In this document: piece after piece, positions 44,101 to 48,759 of the stretch
Position numbering within the stretch: the first letter of the stretch is position 1
Layout: every line of letters starts with the position of its first letter
DNA from: Bacteroidaceae bacterium
Lineage (GTDB): Bacteria > Bacteroidota > Bacteroidia > Bacteroidales > Bacteroidaceae
Assembly: GCA_017396545.1 (NCBI GenBank)
Contig: JAFQLT010000134.1
Location: 1 to 48,759 of the forward strand
Length of the DNA: 48,759 nt
Direction: 5' to 3'
The notes under the pieces: model-generated
The model's input: only the letters and a program-made list of their open reading frames with translations
The model's database searches: none
Told to the model about the DNA's origin: nothing
Position numbers and translations under genes: made by a program

Positions 44101-44461
44101 TGGCTACGTCGCAGAGGACAGGGTAGGTGTTGGCACCCTGTGCATCCATCGTTGATGGAGAGGCTAACACTTTGCCTGGGCCGGCTTGCTTATTATAAAT
44201 GGTGTAGCCGCTGGTCTCGTTGCCCACAAAGCACCAGAGGTCTTTGGCTTCATACTGTGTGGTGGCGCGGCCTATGCTGATGTATGCAGCGCCTGCATTG
44301 TCGGCCAGCACGGCACCACCCACGCCAAGGCGCATTGTATACCAGGAGGTGTTGGCGGCAAACTGGCCGTCAGTAACTGTTGTTGTCACGAAAGGGGTTG
44401 CCCATAAAGTTGCAGTAGCAAAGAAAGTGAGCAATGCGGTAAGGAGTCTTTCTCTTTTCAT
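41105..44461 (-). CDS. Multidomain exo-alpha-sialidase (GH33-type) with a T9SS C-terminal sorting domain (1118 aa)
   Basis: Signal peptide MKRERLLTALLTFFATATLWA, then an N-terminal carbohydrate-binding-like region. The catalytic motif is YRIPAIATASNGDLIAVADYR. Asp-boxes are SHDNGKTW, SNDYGKTW and SDDFGEKW. A post-catalytic lectin-like module follows. The C-terminal tail ...IIFYDLRGNRVAHPISGIYITSDGRKVWVK is typical of T9SS type-A CTDs. Confidence 0.9.
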   Translation of the reverse strand: MKRERLLTALLTFFATATLWATPFVTTTVTDGQFAANTSWYTMRLGVGGAVLADNAGAAYISIGRATTQYEAKDLWCFVGNETSGYTIYNKQAGPGKVLASPSTMDAQGANTYPVLCDVATLPAGHIAAWDFLASDKISNVEGYFMQLHGTTHKVNNFGGNGKLAFWTGGADAGSTLQIALAETSLQVLLSTGTFTASNSGGTWHSKWESSQVQGFSISTGVNNMTSSGDNIAGYSGTSGSSTYTLTAPEDFIVAGYSFDFANTDGDTSYSLTLNVKGKSYTSSATVQHIEVTELEERVATFTQSGANKGITFTNFTVMLKRASITPEPQFEVFPTPTSAAIPYRIPAIATASNGDLIAVADYRHSRADIGMANNGRIDLHARISHDNGKTWGDIFPIVEGRGAAGVSTPGQMYVGFGDPCIVADRESSRVLVISCSGNVSFPNGQRNNHQGIAHFYSNDYGKTWSEPVDRSESIYSQLDNTPYGPVRAMFVGSGKISQSKYIKVGDYYRIYCSVLVKDVNGTHVNFVLYSDDFGEKWTILGDPNVAPIPSGADEPKADELPDGSVLVSSRVSGGRYYNIFSYTDSKKAEGSWGTHSFSGNSNNGTTAISNSTNGEIINVPAKRVADGKPVYLQLQSVPFGSGRANVGIYYKELESLADFVTPANLAKDWDGRHQASYLSSAYSTLCWQADSTLAFLYEEDTYGTNGGGYTIVYKNYSLEQITDSAYTYYPELDSRAFITEGVDAKLSTVELGAGNYVGCLYPEAEEQINAALSAYTASPSQETYEDINDAIINAPAIKLVPGAWYRIRNTERSNATLYLQPEAERVKATASSTTNADQYFSFAPTAHEGKYFLYNGNFEYYLGPLGANETQPVVTTDTTAAGIWTVTARSNGKSSIVCTNKTGGNVGLHLAGDNVRLVPWTADAAASLWYIEPAEYGVTIGDNAYTTINLPFSVTLPEGLTGYYADTVAVLEGVECMVIHPYAGNLVPANSASILIGEKGNYSLTATEKSVNYDYTNHLQGVLRPRNVSGSNIYLPNGESAFKKRTATSGTIPANSAYYTSESSASALTFHIDVPAGIDNVAGPAKPIIFYDLRGNRVAHPISGIYITSDGRKVWVK

Positions 44462-44503
44462 GTGTGTAATGTAATGGATTAAATAAAATAATTAGGGTTG
44501 TCT

Positions 44504-45544
44504 CTATTCGGTCAGCGCCTGCCATCCTTGGGCCTTCAACTCCATTTCTCCGCCATCACGGGTGATGAGCATACAGCCGAGTTCGGGCTTGGTGATGTGT
44601 CCGATGAGGCGCACGTCCTTAAGCTTGCTCACCTTGTCGTAGTCGGTCAAGGGAACAGTGAACAGCAGTTCATAGTCTTCACCTCCGTTGAGGGCACAGG
44701 TGCTGACGTTCATGTTGAACTCTTCGGCCATGACGGCTGTCTGATAGTCGAGCGGGATGTGCTCCTCGTAGACACGGCAGCCTGTGCCGCTCTGCTTACA
44801 GATGTGCATCAGCTCTGAGGAGAGACCGTCAGAGATGTCCATCATAGCAGTGGGGCGGATGCCGGCATCGGCCAAAGCGGAAATGATGTCGCGACGTGCC
44901 TCGGGCTTGAGCTGGCGCTCAAGCAGGTATTCCTTGCCTGCGAAGTCGGGCTGTACGCCATCACTCTCGCCCATGAAGACATTCTTTTCACGCTCAAGCA
45001 GTTGCAGACCCATATAGGCTGCACCGAGATTACCCGATACGCAGATGAGGTCGGTCTCGTGAGCGCCATTGCGGTAGACTACCTGATCCTTGGCGGCGTC
45101 GCCTATGGCGGTGATACTGATGGCAAGACCGGTGAGCGAGGAGGTGGTGTCGCCACCGACAATATCTACATGGTGTGCCTCGCAGGCCAGACGCATACCG
45201 GCATACAGCTCCTCCATGTCTTCCACGCCGAAGCGCTTGCTGATGGCCAGCGATACGGTAATCTGGCGGGGCGTGCCGTTCATGGCATAGATGTCGGAGA
45301 GGTTCACCATCACGGCCTTGTAGCCGAGATGCTTGAGAGGTACATAGGTGAGGTCAAAGTGTACGCCCTCCATGAGCAGGTCAGTGGTTACAAGTACTTG
45401 CTTGTCGGGGTACTCCAATACGGCGCAGTCATCGCCGATACCATACTTGGAGGAGGCGTTCTCTAACTTGATGCTCTCTGTGAGGTGGCGGATGAGGCCA
45501 AACTCACCGAGGGTGGATATGGGGGTCTTTTTCTCTGTGTCCAT
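44504..45544 (-). CDS. thiL: Thiamine-monophosphate kinase
   Basis: AIR-synthase-like fold. Motifs are GEFGLIRHL, GIGDDCAVL and DLLMEGVHF. Length 346 aa. Confidence 0.9.
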   Translation of the reverse strand: MDTEKKTPISTLGEFGLIRHLTESIKLENASSKYGIGDDCAVLEYPDKQVLVTTDLLMEGVHFDLTYVPLKHLGYKAVMVNLSDIYAMNGTPRQITVSLAISKRFGVEDMEELYAGMRLACEAHHVDIVGGDTTSSLTGLAISITAIGDAAKDQVVYRNGAHETDLICVSGNLGAAYMGLQLLEREKNVFMGESDGVQPDFAGKEYLLERQLKPEARRDIISALADAGIRPTAMMDISDGLSSELMHICKQSGTGCRVYEEHIPLDYQTAVMAEEFNMNVSTCALNGGEDYELLFTVPLTDYDKVSKLKDVRLIGHITKPELGCMLITRDGGEMELKAQGWQALTE

Positions 45545-45565
45545 GTTGCTGTTTCTTTTTCATGT

Positions 45566-45656
45566 GTCATTCTGAACGTAGTGAAGAATCTCGCAAAGTT
45601 TCTTGCAGTATAAATCTCTGTCCTTGCGCGGGATCCTTCGTTGCACTCAGGATGAC
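45566..45656. repeat. Hairpin copy of the GTCAT(C/T)CTGA...GAAG(G/A)ATC element between the PNP gene and thiL
   Basis: The left arm GTCATTCTGAACGTAGTGAAGAATC (45566-45590) pairs with the right arm GGATCCTTCGTTGCACTCAGGATGAC (45631-45656). The arms are imperfectly complementary. Confidence 0.65.
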
Positions 45657-45668
45657 ATGAACGGAACT

Positions 45669-46481
45669 TTAGTTTGCTCTGTTAATCAACTCACGCATAA
45701 TCTCAGTCATGAGAGGCTGTGCCTTATCGGCTGCGGCCTGTACCTCTTCATGGGTAACCTCGACAATCTTACCCTCTACGCCAAGGTCGGTGATTACGGA
45801 CATGCCGAACACCTGGATGCCGCAATGCTTGGCCACGATGACCTCAGGTACGGTACTCATGCCTACGGCGTCGCCACCGATGGTGCGGTAGTAGCGGTAT
45901 TCGGCGGGGGTCTCGAAAGTAGGGCCGCTGACACCGACGTATACGCCCTCGACTATGCGAATATTCTTTTCTTTGGCTACCTCCTTGGCCTTGGCAATAA
46001 GCTGGCGGCAGTAAGGCTCGCTCATGTCTGGGAAGCGAGGGCCGTAGTCGATGTTTCTGCCGCGGAGCGGATGCTCGGGGAAGGTGTTGATATGGTCGGT
46101 GATGATCATCAGGTCGCCGATCTCGAAGTCAGGGTTCATGCCGCCGGCTGCATTGGATACGAAGAGAGTCTTGATGCCTAACTCACGCATTACACGGACG
46201 GGGAAGGTGACCTCCTTCATGGAGTAGCCCTCGTAATAGTGGAAGCGGCCCTGCATGGCCATGATTTCCTTGCCTCCAAGTTTGCCGAAAATGAGTTTGC
46301 CGCAATGGCCTTCCACGGTAGAAACAGGGAAGTGGGGGATGTCTTCATATTTGATTTCGTACTTGTCGGTAATCTCACCGACAAGGCTGCCCAATCCCGT
46401 GCCGAGGATGATGGCGGTCTTAGGACTTGTGTGTATCCGTTTTCTGATGAACGATGCGGTTTCTTGAATTTTTGCTAACAT
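45669..46481 (-). CDS. Purine nucleoside phosphorylase (trimeric PNP/MTAP family)
   Basis: Motifs are [22 protein letters not shown] and GPTFETPAE. Length 270 aa. Confidence 0.9.
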   Translation of the reverse strand: MLAKIQETASFIRKRIHTSPKTAIILGTGLGSLVGEITDKYEIKYEDIPHFPVSTVEGHCGKLIFGKLGGKEIMAMQGRFHYYEGYSMKEVTFPVRVMRELGIKTLFVSNAAGGMNPDFEIGDLMIITDHINTFPEHPLRGRNIDYGPRFPDMSEPYCRQLIAKAKEVAKEKNIRIVEGVYVGVSGPTFETPAEYRYYRTIGGDAVGMSTVPEVIVAKHCGIQVFGMSVITDLGVEGKIVEVTHEEVQAAADKAQPLMTEIMRELINRAN

Positions 46482-47541
46482 AGTCAGTGATGTAGTTGTC
46501 GAATGATTCCTGTTGGTCTTGTAGGAACTCTACTTTGATGGGGAGGATATATAGGTTGTTCGTTATGGTCTTGTCAAGTGAGTAGGTACTCAGTCGGGCA
46601 GCATCTTTTTCGGTGGTGATGATGAGTTTGCTCTCTGCCTCTATAGAAGCGAACGTATTGCTGATAGCTTTCAATTCGGATTGCGAGAAGCTATGGTGGT
46701 CGCCATACTCCATGTGGATGATGTGTCCGGTGCGTTCACGCAACTTTTCTACCAATGGCATAGCCGAGGCAATGCCTGTAACTAAAAGGATATGTGTCTG
46801 CCCAGACAGCGAAGAGAGCGCCTTTTGTTTGTGTGGTGCGTTGAAAGCTCTCAGATCGCCATAGCTGAACGTGGTGAAGAACAGTCGTTGGTAGGGACGT
46901 AGGTCCAGGTTCTTGGTGACGATGCGGAAATCGATGGGCTTGATGTCTGTCGGACATTTGGTGACAATGATGACGTGGGCGCGGTGGAGGCTTGAAGCCG
47001 GTTCGCGTAGCATACCCGTAGGCAGCAGCGCATCCTCGTATATGGGGCGGTTATAGTCCATCAACACAATGTTGATGCCTGGTCTCACATAACGATGTTG
47101 GAAGGCATCGTCAAGCAGGATCACTTCTACGTCTCTCGAGACTTTCTCTTTGCATAGCTTGTGTATGCCGTGCCGTCGGTCGGCATCGACGGCCACATGT
47201 ATGTCGGGGTATTTTGTCTTTATCTGATAGGGCTCGTCACCAATTTCCTTGGCTGAGCTGTTGGATGTTGCCAGATGGAACCCTTTGCTTTTGCGCTTGT
47301 AGCCACGGCTCAGCAGAGCCACCTTGTATTTCTCCTTGAGCAGGCCGATGAGGTATTCGGAGTGTGGGGTTTTGCCCGTTCCGCCTACAGTCAGGTTGCC
47401 TACAGAGATAACTGGTATATCAAACTCTTCGGAGGGGAGAATCTTCCAGTCGAAAAGTCTGTTGCGCACTCCCGTTGCCATCCTATATATAAAGGTAAGG
47501 GGAGCCAATGACCAATGTCGCCTGACAGGGCTTTCGTTCAT
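46420..47541 (-). CDS. lpxK: Tetraacyldisaccharide 4'-kinase
   Basis: P-loop [13 protein letters not shown] and the LSRGY motif. Length 373 aa. Its 3' end overlaps the PNP start by 62 nt. Confidence 0.9.
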   Translation of the reverse strand: MNESPVRRHWSLAPLTFIYRMATGVRNRLFDWKILPSEEFDIPVISVGNLTVGGTGKTPHSEYLIGLLKEKYKVALLSRGYKRKSKGFHLATSNSSAKEIGDEPYQIKTKYPDIHVAVDADRRHGIHKLCKEKVSRDVEVILLDDAFQHRYVRPGINIVLMDYNRPIYEDALLPTGMLREPASSLHRAHVIIVTKCPTDIKPIDFRIVTKNLDLRPYQRLFFTTFSYGDLRAFNAPHKQKALSSLSGQTHILLVTGIASAMPLVEKLRERTGHIIHMEYGDHHSFSQSELKAISNTFASIEAESKLIITTEKDAARLSTYSLDKTITNNLYILPIKVEFLQDQQESFDNYITDYVSKNSRNRIVHQKTDTHKS

Positions 47542-47567
47542 AAGCGCTTTAGCTGACTATACTTCTG

Positions 47568-47575
47568 CAAAGGTA
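47568..47575 (-). promoter_or_regulatory. Candidate -7 box (TACCTTTG on the minus strand) for lpxK
   Basis: The reverse complement of CAAAGGTA lies about 27 nt upstream of ATG 47541. Confidence 0.45.
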
Positions 47576-47723
47576 TGTTTTTGGATTGAATTCTCCTACG
47601 ATACCCGTGATTATTTTGTTATAAAATGTTATAGACGGTCGGGATGACTTTGCCTTGAACCATAAAAAATAATTTTTTTTGAAGAATAATTGCGTTTTTT
47701 ATGGTTGCAAAGAAAAAAAACAA

Positions 47724-47731
47724 TACTTTTG
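47724..47731 (+). promoter_or_regulatory. Candidate -7 box TACTTTTG upstream of tRNA-Ser
   Basis: Exact TAnnTTTG match about 80 nt upstream of the tRNA 5' end. That distance is long, hence the low confidence. Confidence 0.3.
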
Positions 47732-47811
47732 TGCTGAAAATGGCGCGGAATAGAGAATTTATTCGTATTTTGTGCCCGTTTCCCAAGAATGTGTCGCGGT
47801 GCGATACCATT

Positions 47812-47899
47812 GGAAAGGTGCTCGAGTGGTTGAAGAGGCACGCCTGGAAAGCGTGTATACGTCAAAAGCGTATCAGGGGTTCGAATCCCCTTCTTTCCG
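47812..47899 (+). tRNA. tRNA-Ser (anticodon GGA), class II with a long variable arm
   Basis: Hand-folded cloverleaf. Acceptor GGAAAGG/TCTTTCC (one G-U pair), anticodon arm CACGC-CTGGAAA-GCGTG, variable arm ATACG..CGTAT, T-arm AGGGG-TTCGAAT-CCCCT. Confidence 0.9.
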
Positions 47900-47957
47900 C
47901 AGTTGAGAATTTTTAGTAACAAATAATAATAATAGTATTAATTAAAAGTAACACACA

Positions 47958-48759
47958 ATGAAAAAGTTTTTTGCAGTATTTGCAATGTTCGGAATCCTTT
48001 CATTTGGATTGTCACAGAATGTAGTTGCTCAGAATGAGGTAGCTGCACAGACAGAAACAGTTGACACAGCAGCCGTTGACACAGCTGCCGTAGATTCGGC
48101 TGCCGTAGAAGCTCCCGCCGAGGTTGTTCCCGTTGAGGAAGAGACCGTAGGTATGCACAAGGCTCTTAAGACAAAGTTTATTGAGGGTGATGCAAGCTTC
48201 ATGTCATTGGTTGCTATCGCATTGGTACTTGGTTTGGCTTTCTGTATCGAGCGTATTATCTATCTGAGCCTTGCTGAGGTGAACACAAAGAAGCTCATGG
48301 CAGCTATCGAGGCAGCTTTGGCTAAGGGTGATGTAGAAGGTGCTAAGGATATTTGCCGCAACACTCGCGGTCCTGTAGCTTCTATCTGCTACCAGGGCCT
48401 GTTGCGCATCGATGAAGGTCTTGATGTTGTTGAGCGTTCGGTCGTTTCTTACGGTGGCGTTCAGTCTGCTGCTCTTGAGAAGAACTGCTCATGGGTGACT
48501 CTCTTCATCGCTATGGCTCCCTCACTCGGATTCTTGGGTACTGTGATTGGTATGGTTATGGCGTTCGACGACATCCAGAAGGCTGGTGATATTAGCCCGA
48601 CCGTTGTTGCCGGTGGTATGAAGGTGGCCTTGATCACCACTATCTTCGGTATTATCGTTGCTCTTGTGCTTCAGGTATTCTACAACTTCATACTTTCTAC
48701 GATTGAGGCTCTTACCACTTATATGGAAGACTCTTCTATCACACTCTTGGATTTGATCA
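47958..48759 (+). CDS. MotA/TolQ/ExbB proton-channel family protein (partial, runs off the window end)
   Basis: I translated this open frame by hand; it is not in the ORF track because it has no stop. It gives MKKFFAVFAMFGILSFGLSQNVVAQ..., then transmembrane helices and the conserved LGFLGTVIGMVMAF...GGMKVALITTIFG segment. Confidence 0.85.
   Translation, partial: MKKFFAVFAMFGILSFGLSQNVVAQNEVAAQTETVDTAAVDTAAVDSAAVEAPAEVVPVEEETVGMHKALKTKFIEGDASFMSLVAIALVLGLAFCIERIIYLSLAEVNTKKLMAAIEAALAKGDVEGAKDICRNTRGPVASICYQGLLRIDEGLDVVERSVVSYGGVQSAALEKNCSWVTLFIAMAPSLGFLGTVIGMVMAFDDIQKAGDISPTVVAGGMKVALITTIFGIIVALVLQVFYNFILSTIEALTTYMEDSSITLLDLI

Overview
This window looks like a chromosomal segment of a Bacteroidales genome, probably Prevotellaceae-like. 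The supporting signs are TAnnTTTG -7 promoter boxes, a SusC/SusD pair, a T9SS C-terminal sorting tail, and DUF4831, DUF3467 and DUF2975 families. No species call is possible from the sequence alone.

Most of the roughly 40 CDS are housekeeping genes:
- Nucleotide, amino-acid and cofactor metabolism: adk, tdh, lpdA, panB, thiL, a purine nucleoside phosphorylase.
- Translation and ribosome assembly: obg, era, der, rpsU, yceD-like plus rpmF, rluD.
- Redox: trxA, rubrerythrin.
- Division and envelope: ftsA-ftsZ, mlaEF-like, lpxK, a partial exbB-like gene.
- RNA genes: tRNA-Pro(CGG), tRNA-Phe(GAA), tRNA-Ser(GGA).

Accessory content:
- A 1765-aa secreted surface protein at 387..5684.
- An AT-richer susC/susD locus framed by two thioredoxin-fold proteins and a Kelch-like lipoprotein (12976..21628).
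- A 1118-aa GH33 sialidase with a T9SS tail.
- A CDP-alcohol phosphatidyltransferase / GtrA / acyltransferase operon, and a separate inositol-3-phosphate synthase sitting 12 nt upstream of mlaEF.
- A DUF2975 plus HTH pair.

No CRISPR array, cas gene, integrase, transposase, reverse transcriptase or recognisable defence gene was seen.

The most unusual signal is non-coding. Several intergenic spacers are filled almost completely by arrays of short degenerate words (7- or 10-nt period) arranged as long imperfect palindromes. Three of these, built from GGAG-containing words, sit immediately upstream of the three ribosome-assembly GTPase genes obg, era and der.

Two further non-coding features stand out. 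One is a family of GTCATCCTGAGCG..GAAGGATC palindromic elements. The other is a perfect 30-bp inverted repeat around an 85-nt core.

All coordinates and pairings were worked out by hand from the sequence. Family assignments rest on recognised motifs, not on database searches.
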